Shown piece by piece: positions 13,416 to 26,769 of a DNA stretch of 64,000 nucleotides. The first letter of the stretch is position 1. Each line of letters begins with the position of its first letter. Both the position numbers and the translations under genes were made by a program. Source of the DNA: Marsupella aquatica (taxonomy: Eukaryota > Plantae > Marchantiophyta); the NCBI GenBank assembly GCA_973895155.1, contig OZ316891.1, positions 12,584,771-12,648,770 on the forward strand. Reading direction: 5' to 3'. The notes beneath the pieces were generated by a model. The model saw nothing but the letters and a program-made list of their open reading frames with translations. It made no database searches and was not told the DNA's origin.

Positions 13416-14099
13416 GCCAGTTTACACCTGGCCTCATTAGCGAGAACCTAACTATCATCTTTCAATCTAGGGAGATCACGTGTGTAATCTACTAAATGTA
13501 GGGAGATCCTGTGGTCACATACTAATCTATTCAATGAGGTAAGCACACGGAGAAAAAGAAAAGTGGGCACCATGGCTAACTTTAAAAAGAAGGGAAAAAT
13601 GGCTGGCCCCCCAAGTCAGAGTAAGGGAAGGGGAGTGTACTTTTTCTGTACCTATTGTCTCAATCTATTGGCTGTCCAATTGTATGGGGATAATACTCTT
13701 TGACCACAAAAGACAAGAATTGTACCCATTGTCCAAGCTGTATGGATTGCAAATCCACAATCTAGTCCATACAACTATGTACACTAGGCCCTTGACCAAC
13801 GAGAGTCTGAAAAGGTTGAATTCATTAGTTTAAATGTAATTCTTGAATAATACAAGTGACCTACTCAGAATCTATAGCACCACATTTCCTCAACGGATTA
13901 GGTTGAAATGTAGGAAGGGAATCCCACTACCATGAAATTGTTAGCCTTCCCAAAGGGCTAAAAGTTTAGCGGTGCGTAGTTGTCGGTACTTAAACATCTT
14001 CAACTCTGAGGCACCTTTTCACCCTAGACATTGTTTGCATATGCTATACTTTTACGCTTGTATTTTATCCCACTCAATCTTATCAACTATTACTTTCTT

Positions 14100-14610
14100 T
14101 ATGCATGTCCCCTGAATCATAGAGGATTTGGAGGTGGATTGTGAAACAGATTCAGTGGGCTTTGATGCTGGAGGCTTTGCCTTTTCATTTTGGACCCACT
14201 CATGCCACTCTTGGAGCTCCTCTTTTGACTAGAGTGGAGTCACTCTTAAATTGTGGCAATCGGTTTGGGGTATTACCAACTGGCACACTGGAAAGCTTTG
14301 TGTACTCTGGATTGGAAAGCGGTGAGAATCTTGGCTTGAGATTTTTCTGGGAATGAAAATTACAAAGTCTCGTGGGGGTACTTGGCGTTTGACACAGGAT
14401 GCTAGTTTTCTCTGGCAGGAGTTATCTGGTCAGATGGTGTGTGACTCTCAGTTACTTTTCGACCTGTAGTTACTCTTTCGTCCATTTCCCTCGGCCTCAA
14501 TGAGTTTGATTCCTTAGCAGTTGTTGGCCTTTTGATCTGGCCTGTTACTCCCGTCCTTTATTGGATTTTACTTTTGCATAGGTAGAGTGCTCCTTTCAAG
14601 AAAAAAGAAA
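14100..14610 (+). mobile_element. Probable 3' fragment of a LINE (C-terminus plus 3' UTR and A-rich tail)
   Basis: Decayed C-P-E-S..RIWRW-like coding residue, T-rich UTR, ends TTTCAAGAAAAAAGAAA. Similar tails at 15070 and 34725. Confidence 0.4.
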
Positions 14611-14699
14611 TCTTAACATAAACTATTCAACAGCCAAAAAGAAACCAGATCACCTACACATCACTACAAGACAATAATTAATGAAGCCATGACCATACT

Positions 14700-15125
14700 A
14701 TATCTGCAAAGTGGGGGGAGAGAACTTTTCGGGAAAAAAACGACAACCTTTCTTTGCAAATTGGTAATCATATCCTGTATTTTCGCTGTTGGCCAGTTGT
14801 TTAATCAAATCTTTCTCGATCTCCTCTTGTGAAATCGAGAAGATTTTTGGAGTGAGTCAGCCCTCTCTTTTGCAAGTGTAGTTTAGGTGCTTTTTTCCCT
14901 TGGGTGTGGGACGTGTTGTGACCATGCACCCGTGGTTATTGTTATTTCCTTTCCCTCTTGGCTAAATGTGTCTGGTCTTTAATTGGTATGTACCTGTTGA
15001 CTTTTTCTTGTCTGGCTTGTGACTGCAAGTTTGTATTGGGTTGTACTTCTCATATAGGTGAACTAGTCCTTCCAGAAAAAAGAATAAAAGAAAAATGAGA
15101 ATGAAGTATAATACACCTACTGACT
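14700..15125 (+). repeat. Repeat homologous to 34375-34775 (LINE/SINE-like tail within a local segmental duplication)
   Basis: GAGTCAGCCCTCT.TTTTGC..TGTAGTT.AGGTGCTTTTT.C..TGGGTGTGGGAC and GTTTGTATTGGG are shared between the two loci. Confidence 0.75.
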
Positions 15126-15456
15126 GATTATGTCGTCCAAATCAAGAACTATAATACAAGGTTGCACCCTTTTATATCATGGTCGTCATTCAAATATACA
15201 GTGTCCAAAAAAAGATTCCAGCAAAAAAGAGGAAGGAATAAATCAAAGATACAAAAGTTTAGTGTGAATGAAAGAGGAAGAAACACTCAAAAGAGACCAA
15301 GAAAAAGGGAAATGATTATTAAATAAACTCATGCAAGCACAAGGATCAATGATGATCCCTTGCTTTCCATCAATGCATAAATGAGAACAAGATGTTAATA
15401 AAAAATGTTTTAATTATCTTAGGCAAATTTTGTAATAATTATCAAAAAATGTAATA

Positions 15457-15766
15457 TGTAGAGGTTAACTTAGTCTTGGGTTAAACTATAGTTAGTATAT
15501 TAATCACGATTTACTCTAACCCTAGTTGAAAAAATTGGTCCTTATCTTTTCAACTTGTATGTGGTGTGAGAACACACAAGATAATTCTCAAGAGAGAACC
15601 AGGGATATAGCTTGAAGAGATGAGAGCTATGGTGATGCTTGAGTACACAAATAACCGTTAATAAAGTTTTGTATTCTCGTGGACATAGCCAACCTTGAGG
15701 CGAACCACGTAACTATTGAGCACGTGTATGTTTGGAGTGTTTTTCCTGATCTGATTTCTCCCCACA
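15457..15766 (+). repeat. Copia 5' LTR
   Basis: Starts TGTAGAGG, ends CCCCACA; direct repeat of 21188-21497. Confidence 0.95.
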
Positions 15767-15768
15767 AT

Positions 15769-15780
15769 TGGTATCAGAGC
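15769..15780 (+). promoter_or_regulatory. Primer binding site (initiator tRNA-Met)
   Basis: TGGTATCAGAGC, 2 nt after the 5' LTR. Confidence 0.93.
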
Positions 15781-16935
15781 TCAAATTTTTCAGTCAATTA
15801 GGAACTCTATAGAACTTGCTTCAAGCAAAGCGAACAGCGAATGATTTCCTCTTCGAAGTGGAGCTATTGGAAGAAGATCAGACTCAATCTTCTCACAAGT
15901 GTGGAGCACACAACCAGGGGCTCATTTCCGTGAAGCAATGAAGGCCTGAGATCAGAAACAGAAACAATTGTAAGTGACGGTTTTCAATTTACGTTATCGG
16001 GCAAGAGATAAGGTTAATTTCTCAGATCAGTCTTTTTTATTGTTCTATCGGGACTTGAAACTGAGATACGCTTGAGCGCCTTGTCTTTCTAAACATTTCG
16101 ATATCAACATCGTTGAATTCCGTCAAACGGTTGAGAAGCAATCTTAATTTTAATTCTCGTTTTTTGAGCTTGAAATTTTGGCTATGGCGGATAACTTAAT
16201 ATCAGTCACTTTCACCGAATTGTTTCTCCCTCATTACTCCACCGTTTTGCAAGTTCTTTATATCAATCTTGATGCCCTCAAAGTCTAGTTTCTGAATCTA
16301 AAATCATAATTGGATTTCGTCAAAAACTGAGACGGGAATTTGAGTGAATCCACCGAGGGGTACTTTCTGCCACAAGTAGTCGCGACTTCTACGGACGCGC
16401 GAGGAGGTCGAAAATTTTGAGGAGGCCTTTTAGGGCTCGACAGGGCTCGGGCAGGGGAAAGTGCCCCCTGTGAAGTCCCCCACAGGGGCTGTACAAGGGC
16501 GGACAGAATTTCCTGAAAAGATTCTTTTCCAGAGGCTTAAATTTTTACCAAAGGTCAAAGATTCCGAGCGGAAAATAAAATCGGATCAACTTCAACTTTT
16601 GGAGAGACGAACTTGGGGAAGCTAGGCAGGTATTGGTGCGTTCGATTTTGAAAAAGTATACTAGTGGAATCTTTGGCATAATAGATTCCCTTGAGGGGTA
16701 ATTATTTCATCTTTTACCCCCCTCTGGTTGGAGTAAAAATTCTCGGCACTCGAGAGTCCATTTGACAAATCGTTTTCAGAATTTGGAGCGTTACCTTGTG
16801 GGCTACACACAGGAGTGATCAGTTTCAAAATTCACCAACTTTCATTTTTGGCCTTATTTTCACACCCCGCATCTGAGCATTCGACGTTTATTCCTTGTCG
16901 GAAGGTGACTCCACACTACATTCGGTATTCCAACG

Positions 16936-19900
16936 ATGGTAACTACTAGGATTGGAGGTCAAAGGTTTGAGGTGGAAAAATTTGATGGTGGGATGGACTA
17001 TACAATGTGGGAACGTAACGTGAGGGATGCACTTAGGGCGATGGGCCTAGGCAAGGTACTAAGATCTCAACCCAAGGAGATGGAAGATGATGATTGGCAT
17101 GATCTCCACGATCAAGCGGTAAGCATTGTTGGAATGTACCTGAAAAACAATGTGAAAAAGCAGTTCGAGGAAAAATCAACACAAACGGTGACGAATTTGT
17201 TTCAAGCATTGCGCAACAAGTACTACAAGAAGGAGATGTCAAACCAAATGTATGCAAGCCTAAAGCTCCTGCAATTCAAAATGGCTGATGGAGTCAAGAT
17301 TCAAGATCATATCGATCAATTCAATGATCTTGTGGTTGACCTAGAGAATTTGGGGGAGCATTTGAGCGAAGAAAAGAAAGCCTTACAACTCTTGAGCTCA
17401 CTACCACCTTCATACCAATCTTTGTCTCGAGTTCTTCTATTCCGTGATAAGATAACTATATCCTACAATGATGTGGTGAGTACCCTGTTGACCGATGATA
17501 TGCAGTCTAAGCTGGTTTCTTCAGCTCATCCTACCTCAACCTCATCATCAACAGCACTGTTGGTAGAAAGAGGCAAAACAAGGGAGCCATCTCATGAAAA
17601 TAAAAGGTTTAACCCACCTCCCATGGAGCGAGGAAGATTCCAGGAGCAATCATTTGGTAAAAAAGGTTTAGATCTAGATCTAGATCCAAATCACCATCCA
17701 AGTCTACTCGTGAGATAAAGTGTTGGAAGTGTGACAAAGTGGGCCACATGAAGAAGGATTGTCGCGTCAAAGACACATTCAAGGAAGTTATCGATTCTTC
17801 AGCCCAAGTAGTTTTTCGAGAAGAGGATAGTGAAGGATTTGCATTGTGTACCACTTCCCAAGTTGAGGATTGTCAATGGATCTTGGATTCCGCTTGCTCG
17901 TATCACATGTGTTACATGCGTGAATTTTTCTCATCCTACACTCCTATCAACGGATCTATTTTGATGGGAAATAATCATTCTTGCAAAGTTTTAGGGATTG
18001 GATCCGTAAAGATTTAACTACCCGGTGGCAAGTACTGTACTCTATCAAATGTCAGACACATCCCAGAAATGTGTAAAAATTTGATTTCTCTTGGCTACTT
18101 GGATGCAAAGGGTTATCAATGGAGTGCAACTGATGGGGTGTTAACAGTCACGCATGGATCAAATGAAGTTCTTATTGGCAAGAGGAAAAGAAACATCTAT
18201 GTCTTGGAAGGCACCACCCTTCTTACCGAAGGCAATTTGGTCACATCTCAGGAGGAGAAAATCAATTTATGGCATGCTCGGCTTGGTCACATGAGTGAAA
18301 AAAGTTTAGAAATCTTACACAAGCGACATCTCCTACCAGGATTGCAAGCATGCAAGTTGAGTTTTTGTAATCATTGCATTATCGGCAAAAAAATAAGAAC
18401 TCCATTTCTGACTGTCATTCATCATTCTAAAGTTGTACTTAAGTATATTCATTCCGATGTGTGGGGTCCTGCTCCAGTTTCCTTACATTCAGACAAACAA
18501 TACTATATATCGTTTATCGATGATTACTCAAGGTTTGTTTGGATTTATTTCATTGCCCATAAGTTTTAAGCCCGGTTTGAAGTGTTTTCCATCTTCAAAC
18601 AATGGGTAGCTCAAGTTGAGACACAAACTGCAAAGAATGTGAGATATCTACGATCAGATAATGGTGGTGAATACACCTCTGGCGAGTTCAACACATATTG
18701 TGCAAATAAGGGAATTACTCACCATCTCACAACTGTGTACACTCCTGAGCAAAATGGTGTTGTTGAGCGACTCAACCGCACATTGTTGGAGCGAGCAAGG
18801 AGCATGTTGAGCCACTCTAAATTGCCACAAATCTTTTGGGTGGAAGCTATCAACATAGCTGCTTATCTAGTAAATCTCTCTCCTAGTCGGGCAATTACTT
18901 ACAAAACCCCCTTTGAGCTATGACACAATCGACTTGCTGATTATTCAAAGCTAAGTAAGGTTTTGGCTGTGAAGCATATGCACATGTTCTTAGCAACAAT
19001 AGGACTAAGCTAGATCCTAGAGCCCATAAATGCATTTTTCTTGGTTATCAGCGTGACGTTAAAGGATATCGATTGTGGAATCCAGTTGATTGCAAGTTAC
19101 TTATTAGTCGGAATGTATCCTTCAATGAAGACAAATCATTGAAAGAGGGGAAGATAGGTCAATTCCCTACTACTAACAACGAGCAATCTTCTCCTCTAGA
19201 GGATTTAAGGGGAGAGGATGTGTCAAATGAAGAATATGTTGACACTACTGTAAGGCAAAGCACACTACAATCAGATCATCCAGAGTCTTCAATGCGAAGA
19301 GGAACTCGTAAACGTCAAGCCCGGGAAAGGTATGGAACTTGGCTTCCTTCTGATCATGTGGATTTGGATGAAGAATCTATTGATGCATTGGTGACAGAAG
19401 ATGGAGATCCATCCTCATTTCGAGAGGTCCTAGCTTCTATGGAGAAGCAATAGTGGCAGGCGGTGATGCGTATGGAAATGAAATCACTTCATGATAACAA
19501 GACTTGGGAACTCACAAGTCTACCTAGTGACAAGCATGCTATTGACAGCAAGTGGGTGTATAGGAAGAAAGATGAACCCATGGAGGATGCTGAGAAGATA
19601 TTTAAGGCTCGGTTGGTAGCCAAGGGTTTTACTCAATAGAAAGGTATAGACTATAATGAGGTTTTTTCACCTATAGCAAAGTATTCAATAATACGTTTGC
19701 TATGTGCTCTTGTAGTTTTATTTAATCTGGTTTTAGATCAAATGGATATTGTCACGGCATTCTTATATGGATCGTTGGATGAGGTGATTTACATGAGGCA
19801 ACCAGAGGGTTTTGTGCAAAAGGGCAAGGAAAATTGGTATACAGATTGCTAAAATCCTTGTATGGATTAAAACAGAGCCCAAGGCAGTGGAACAAGCATT

Positions 19901-20993
19901 TTGATGAATTTTTGAAATCGCTTGGATTTGTGCGAAGCGTGTACGATCCATGTGTTTATATCAGGCGTGTGAACAACATAGGTTTTAAGTTTGTCATCCT
20001 TGTATTTTATGTGGATGACATGCTCATTGCAGCAAAGGATAGGGGCGAAGTTGATAAGCTTAAGGCCCAACTCAGTTCTGAGTTTAAGATGAAGGACTTG
20101 GGCACAGCCAAAAGGATCCTAGGCATGGAGATTGTCAGGGATGTGAACAAAGCCAAACTTTGGCTGACGCAAACAAGATATGCAGAGAAGGTGCTCTCAA
20201 AATTCAACATGGCAGATGCTAAGGCTGTGAGTGTTCCTTTGGCAAGGCATTTTAATATTTCTACAACATTTTGTCCATCGGATGCAACAGAAAAAAGTTT
20301 GATGTCCAAAGTTCCTTATGAAAATATTGTGGGTAGTTTAATGTATCTCATGGTATGCACCCGACCAGACATAGCTTATGCCGTTAGCAAGGTAAGTAGA
20401 TACATGGCAAATCCAGGAAAAATTCATTGAGACTTAGCAGTGAAATGGATTTTGCGCTACATCGGAGGTTCCACTAAGAAGGGTTTATTGTTTGATGCAA
20501 GTTCAAATAATATGAAAACGTGCTTCAAGGTTATGTGGATGCAGACTACACATGTGATTTGGATAAGAGGAGATCAACAACTGGATATGTATTTACACTT
20601 GCTGGTGGATGCATTAGTTGGAAGTCTACTCTCCAAAAGTGTATTGCAAAGTCTACTATGGATGCCGAGTATGTAGTGGCCCCGGTAGTGGCAGCAGAAG
20701 CAGCATCAGAGACCATTTGGTTGAAAAAGCTTGTCACGAAGATGGGTATATCGCAAGAGTGTGTATATCTTCATTGTCATAGTCAAAGTGCAATTTACAC
20801 TGCCAAGAATCAGGTGATGGATGGTAGGGTAAAGCACATTGATGTCCGCTATCATTTCATCCGACAGGAATTATTGGATGATGAATTTGAGCTTGTCAAG
20901 ATTGATGGAAAGCTTAATCCAACGGATGCTTTTACCAAAATATTAGATTCCAATAGTTTTTCAAGGCATTGTAATTATTTACAAATATTGTAA
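16936..20993 (+). pseudogene. Copia gag-pol pseudogene
   Basis: Gag EKFDGG..YTMW; zinc knuckle CWKCDKVGHMKKDC (~17720); protease WILDSACSYHM; LWHARLGHMS; integrase HSDVWGP/RSDNGGEY/EQNGVVERLNRT; RT LYGLKQSPRQW/YVDDML; RNase H YVDADY. Multiple stops and frameshifts. Confidence 0.95.
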
Positions 20994-21187
20994 ATATAAA
21001 GTTAACCAAGAAAATGTCTCTATACGAGTACTCCATCCGATGGCTTATCGGCTACAACTTAGTTCTAGTTAACCCTTGCATTAGGGGGAGGGTCTTTTGG
21101 CCTTACTGTCTTGAACTTCCCGCGGAGGAACTTGTAAGGAAAAGACAATGTTATGAACCCTCCCAAGACGTGAGTCAAGGGGGAGTT

Positions 21188-21497
21188 TGTAAAGGTTAAC
21201 TCAGTCTTGGGTTGAACTATGGTTAGTATATTAACTACGGTTTGCTCTAACCCTAGTTGAAGAGATTGGTCCTTATCTTTTCAACTTGTATGTGGTGTGA
21301 GAACACACAAAATAGTTCTCAAGAGAGAACCAGGGATATAGCTTGAAGAGATGAGAGTTATGATGATGCTTGAGTACACACATAACCGTTAATACAGCTT
21401 TGTATTCCCGTGGACGTAGCCAACCTTGAGGCAAACCACATAACTATTGAGCACGTGCATGTTTGGAGTGTTTTTCCTGATCTGATTTCTCCCCACA
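21188..21497 (+). repeat. Copia 3' LTR
   Basis: Starts TGTAAAGG right after the PPT, ends CCCCACA, followed by the TSD TAATA. Confidence 0.95.
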
Positions 21498-22624
21498 TAA
21501 TACACTATGGCACCAATTTATACCATGGTCGCCTTTCAAAATTCCCAGGCCGTTTTGGGTGAAAAAATCAAAACCAGAAAAAATGGAACCAATAAGACAA
21601 AAAAACCCAATTGGAAACTCAAGCCATCACTTGGATTGCAGTGCCGTGATGTCAGCACACACCGCGGCGATAGCACCAAGCCATAGCAAGTCGCAACCCG
21701 CCCTACCCAGCTCGTAGTTGCCGATGCTGGCTGGCTCCGCCCTCTGCCTCCCAGACCCCCTTTTGCCTCCCCACTTCGCGGCCCCTCCTCTCAACTCCCC
21801 CTTACCCTCCTTTAAATTTATCCTTTTTAAAAGATTTAAATTACAAAAACAATTTAAAAAATCATTCTTATTTTTTTGTACTTTGGTGGTGGTTGTCGCC
21901 TCTCTTTGTGTCATGACATCTCTCACTTGACAAATGTTTTTTACGCAATGAGATATTTCTAACAAAGATATCTTTCGCACCAAGATAAATTTTCAACTAC
22001 ATCTTTAGCACAACGTCACCTATTATGCATTGATGTCTTTCTCCGAATGATATCTTTAGTAAACTACATCTTTTGCACAACATCTTTTGTGCAACATCTT
22101 TTGCCCAACATTTTTTGAGCAACCACATATTTTACTTAATGACATTTTTTATTTAACAACACTGTAAGATAATGCAACGATGTATTTATCCAACAACATC
22201 TTTCGTGTGCAACGGAGACTTGACTACATTATCATTCACGACATCACTTTACTTATGAACCATTTTGTACTTAACAACATATATCACTCACGACATCACT
22301 TTACTTATGAACCATTTTGTACTTAACAACAACTTTATACTTAACAACATCTATTTTCTTAATGATATCTTGGGCATTGTGATATCTTTTGTCTCAACGA
22401 CATCTTTTTTCTTAACGACATCTTTTTTCTTAACGACATCTTGAGTGACACGACATCTTTTCTCTTAACGACATCTTGGGCATCATGACATCTTTTCTCT
22501 TGACGACATCTTGGGCGTGACGACATTTTTTCTTCACGACATCTTTTGTGCAACACACGGGTATTGAGCTCGTGGTACATACTAATTTATTTTCTAGTGC
22601 TGAGATCATTTCTATTAACATCTT

Positions 22625-22820
22625 CTTTACTTTTCCTGGAATCATCCCCTTCACTTTTACCCAGACTATCTTGGTCTTCTTTCCATCGCTAAAACTGAAC
22701 TTTAGTTCAACAAATGATTATGGCTAATAACTGGAACCACAAATACAAAGGAAGATAATGTTCACATATTGATTAGGTGTATAGTATAGAGTGCTTTAAT
22801 CCACTTTAAACACAAGTCAA
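22625..22820 (+). repeat. Repeat homologous to 34800-35000
   Basis: GGAATCATCCCCTT...CCATCGCTAAAA.TGAACTTT.GTTCAACAAATGATTATGGCTAATAACT...TATAGAGTGCTTTAATC is shared. Confidence 0.85.
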
Positions 22821-22929
22821 CATCTAGGATTTATCATTATTTTTTGGCATAATAAACACCTTTCCATTGAATTCTTTAAAAAAATGCACCATGTTACTTA
22901 TTGGTTGTGAATTAAGAAAACTAACCCAG

Positions 22930-23150
22930 GTTAGCTGGCTTTGTGAGATGGTTGAAGTTTGTAGCCTATTGAGCATCCTAGCTACTCAATGATTTTTCCT
23001 TCTTGAGCAATACTGCAGCTAGTGTTTGCAAGCCATCCAGGGGACACTCCGCACTCAAAGTAAAGGGGAATGAACTTGGATTTCTGAATCTTTAAGAGAG
23101 CTGCTGAAATATTTTCTATTGCTGAATTGTATGCCTTGCATTCTGGAATT
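22930..23150 (-). pseudogene. LINE ORF2 RT fragment, distal part (downstream of the Gypsy insertion)
   Basis: Minus-strand translation FQNARHTIQQ/ENISAALLKIQKSKFIPL...WLANTSCSIAQEGKIIE*LGCSIG, the region that normally follows the ADD motif and includes the YLG motif. Confidence 0.65.
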
Positions 23151-23461
23151 TGTCGTGCGCATACATATCGCTACACAACATACATCGCTTGTCACATACA
23201 TCCAGACATAGTCACACTGCCACATCACAAATACAAGAGAATGAAATACAAGTGGAACTCATGTCCACACATGTCCAAAACCCACAATCGCCCCCCTAGC
23301 TGGGAGTAAGGTCCCCTAACTCTAGCTAGCCATGAGTTCTACAAGGTTGATATACACCTTTTTAGGTGTGAAGATCAGGAGGTCGGGTGCAAGTGAGCCC
23401 CATCGATCACCTACCTGCAATCCATATCTGCCAAGAGAACACAAATGATAACTAGTCGGCT

Positions 23462-23610
23462 TCACCGACACTGAGGACACAACCATGATCCACTAGGAAT
23501 CACCTGCAATGGTGGTGTCAAACATGACATGTGCCATCCTCTAGAACACTTATCACAAATCAACATAGTAGCTGCTCCCTAAGCAGATCCACACAACATA
23601 CATTTCAAGC
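23462..23610 (-). other. PHD finger (C4HC3) at the integrase C-terminus, split by a TAG
   Basis: Read-through translation LKCMLCGSA*GAATMLICDKCSRGWHMSCLTPPLQVIPSGSWLCPQCR*. Confidence 0.92.
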
Positions 23611-26600
23611 CAGCACGAACATGTGCCAAGCTTGGATCTACTGTACCATCAATGTTGGGAAGGTGACATGGTGCACAGTTGCGCACATGATCATTCCAAA
23701 CCATACCATCGCGTCCCTCCAACATCAAGACACCAGAAGGCAACACTTCACGCACACGTAAGATTGTCCGGCCTGCGGTCACATCAAGTGTCGTGGGTGC
23801 TGTCTGCTGCAAATAAACATAATCACCAGGATGAAATCGTCGAATGCTTGCACGGTAACCTCCTCCACGAATAGTGACATACCTCAAAGTATCACGATGT
23901 TGGGCAATGGCAAGGTTGTCAAAAGCCATGGGCATCACTCTCTGAAATACCCGTGCTCTCTCTGAACACACCTTGACCCAAACATCAGGATCATCCAAGT
24001 TCACAACTGGTGCAGCATGACGACGAATAGCTGCTGGCAAATCTGGCTCTCTACCATAGAGCAAAAAGTAGGGTGAGAAGGATGCAAGTGATGCTTGCCG
24101 ACTGAAACGGTAGCCCATAGCTAACCAAGGTAGCTGGAGATCCCAATCTCCCAGATGACCAACCTGCAAGCCATACTTACACAATCCTCTCTTCACAGTT
24201 TGCACAACTCTCTTAGCTAATCCATCTGCCTTAGGATGATCACGAGAGGTAGTGCGATGATCAATCAGAGCTTGTTCACACAAACTCTCAAACTCTCCAC
24301 GGAACTCAGTTCCCTGATCAGTCAACACCTCAGCTGGTGCTCCAAAATGACTGAGTACACGATCCAAAAATGTAGCAGCAACTCCTCCACTGGCTTTACC
24401 TGGCAACACCACTAGCTCAATCCACTTGGAGAAGTGCTCCACCATGACCAAAACATACCGATTATGACGTTGGGTAAGAGGTAATGGACCAGCAAAATCC
24501 AAACTCCAACGATATCCCAAACCCATGATCGGTAACGGGTGCAACTGGGGAGTGGGAGCATTAAATGATGCTCTCACTTTGTCACATACCACACACTTAG
24601 CTATCAACTGCTGGACATGAGTGTGCATACCACGCCACCAATACTGCGTCTGCAGCAAGCTGTAAGTGCGCTTCACACCAAAGTGACCCAAATCCTCGTG
24701 CGCATGTCGCACCAAATGTACTCGTTGTGATGGTTTTGGTACCACCAACATCCTACCATCATGCAGTACTCTCAAAAGATGGTTTCCCTCCCATCGAAAC
24801 CTCTTGGCTCTCTGTAGAAACCTGTCACGTTCCTTGGCATCAACACTGCCAACAATAGAACTATTGCGCAGATATTCCAACACTCTCATATCATTGTGAA
24901 TATCTTGTTGTCCAGAAGTTACCTCACCAACATCCACATCTGAAGACTCATCACCCACTCCATCCAATGAAGTAGAGTCCACAAATCCACTGTATGCTGG
25001 CACCCAACAAAGAAAGGCAGATGCATGCCATCCTGACACCATCTCCTTATCTGACTCATCATGCCATCTGGCTCCAATCTCATCCTGCTGACTGGTACAT
25101 GGATTGCGGCTTAATCCATCTGCATCCAAGTTCACTTTTCCAGGCCTATGCACCACCTGGAAATCATACTCCTGTAACAACAATGCCCATCGTGCAAGCT
25201 TCCCTGTAAGCTTGTCAGACTCCATTAACCACTTAAGAGGTTGATGATCAGTGATCAAGGTGAAGGGGTTACCAAACAAGTAGCAACGAAAGTGTGCAAC
25301 AGCCCACACTGCTGCCAAACACTCTCCCTCATAAGAGCTATACTTAGCCTCTGCTGAATTGTTTGATCTACTAGCATAAGCCACAACAAACTCATTCCCC
25401 TCATCATCCTTCTGAGTCAGCACTGCTCCAAGTCCTACTCCACTCCAATCAGTGTGTAGCTGAAATGGTCTGCCTGAAATGGGTCTTCTCAAAATAGGGG
25501 ATGATGCCAACCTTTGCTTCAACTCCTGAAAGGCATGCTCCTAGTCATCACCCCAAATCCATTCATGATCCAACTTAGTGAGTATGGTCAAAGGTTTAGC
25601 AAGCTGGCTAAATCCTTTAACATACCTCCTGTAGTAGCTCGCCAATCCCAAGAATGCACGAACTCTACTCACATCAGTAGGACAAGGAATCTGTGTAATG
25701 GCCTCCACTTTAGTCTGCTGTACACCCAATCCCCCTGGGTATATGGTGTGGCCCAAATACTCAATCTGGTCTTGGAAGAACTTACACTTGCTAGGATGGA
25801 GCTTCAACCCATGTGCTCTCAATCTCTCCAACACAGTCTGCAAGTGCTGCTAATGTTCTTCCACAGTAGAAGAATAGACCAAAATATCATCAATATAACA
25901 TCTGACAAAATCCAAACCTGCAAGGATTCGATCCATGACTCTCTGGAACTCAGCTGGTGCATTCTTCAACCCAAATGGTAAGAATAACCATTGATACAAA
26001 CGATCTTTGCCATAAGAATCAATCCCCCAGAATGCTGTCTTGGACCTTTCAGCATGCCTAATTGGAAGCTGATGGTATCCTGCCCTCAGATCCAATGAAC
26101 TGAAAACCTTTGCATGCCCCACAACATCAAAGATCTCCTCAGGTGTGGGCATGGCATATCGATCAGATTTTGTCTGGCGATTAATAGGTCTGTAATCACC
26201 ACACATGCGCCTATCTGTGTAATTGCCATGCACATCCTTCTTGGCTGGCATCACTATGGCAGATGCATACTCCCCATATGAAATCTTCACCAATCCAGCC
26301 TCCAACAAATCTTGAGTTCTGCTTTGAATCAGAGCTCTCTCCATGTCACTATAACGGTATGGTCTACGAAAGATTGGCGCATCACTAGCCAATTCAATCT
26401 GAATACCAGGGCCCTTCAATGTCCCCAAATCCTTCATGCTGAATGCAAAACAATTCCAATAACTCTTCAGGAATCGATGCATGCGACGTCTCTCCTCCCC
26501 TGTTAACTTAGGGCCAAGCTGTGGTTCCCAACTCTCCACCAAATCCCTAATATCTCTTTGTAGGGTAGAAGAGATAGCCGATGATTGCTATTTAGTAGTA

Positions 26601-26769
26601 GATTGAGCAGTCCCTTCCTACTCAACAATCTGTCCAGCCGCCAATCCTGTCATAGGTCCATGGACTGTCTGCTCGCCCCCAGCTGTGGTCAATACTGTCT
26701 CAGTGGACCGCAAGCTCACCAAGGGACAATCAGTAATTCCGGTAGAGCGCATCCGCAACTGTTCAGCTA

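Larger units (their letters stand above)
15457..21497 (+). mobile_element. Full-length, decayed Ty1/Copia LTR retrotransposon
   Basis: 310-bp TG...CA LTRs (15457-15766, 21188-21497). 5-bp TSD TAATA (15452-56, 21498-502). PBS TGGTATCAGAGC (15769-80). PPT AAGGGGGAG (21177-85). Domain order gag-PR-IN-RT-RH. Confidence 0.97.
15148..22572 (+). mobile_element. Non-autonomous Helitron-like element with GACATCTT subrepeat array, interrupted by the Copia insertion
   Basis: 5' motif CTATAATACA...GGTCGTCA, seen again at 21498. 3' end GTGCAACACACGGGTATTGAGCTCG|T matches the intact copy at 58818. ACGACATCTT array at ~21910-22550. Confidence 0.55.
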
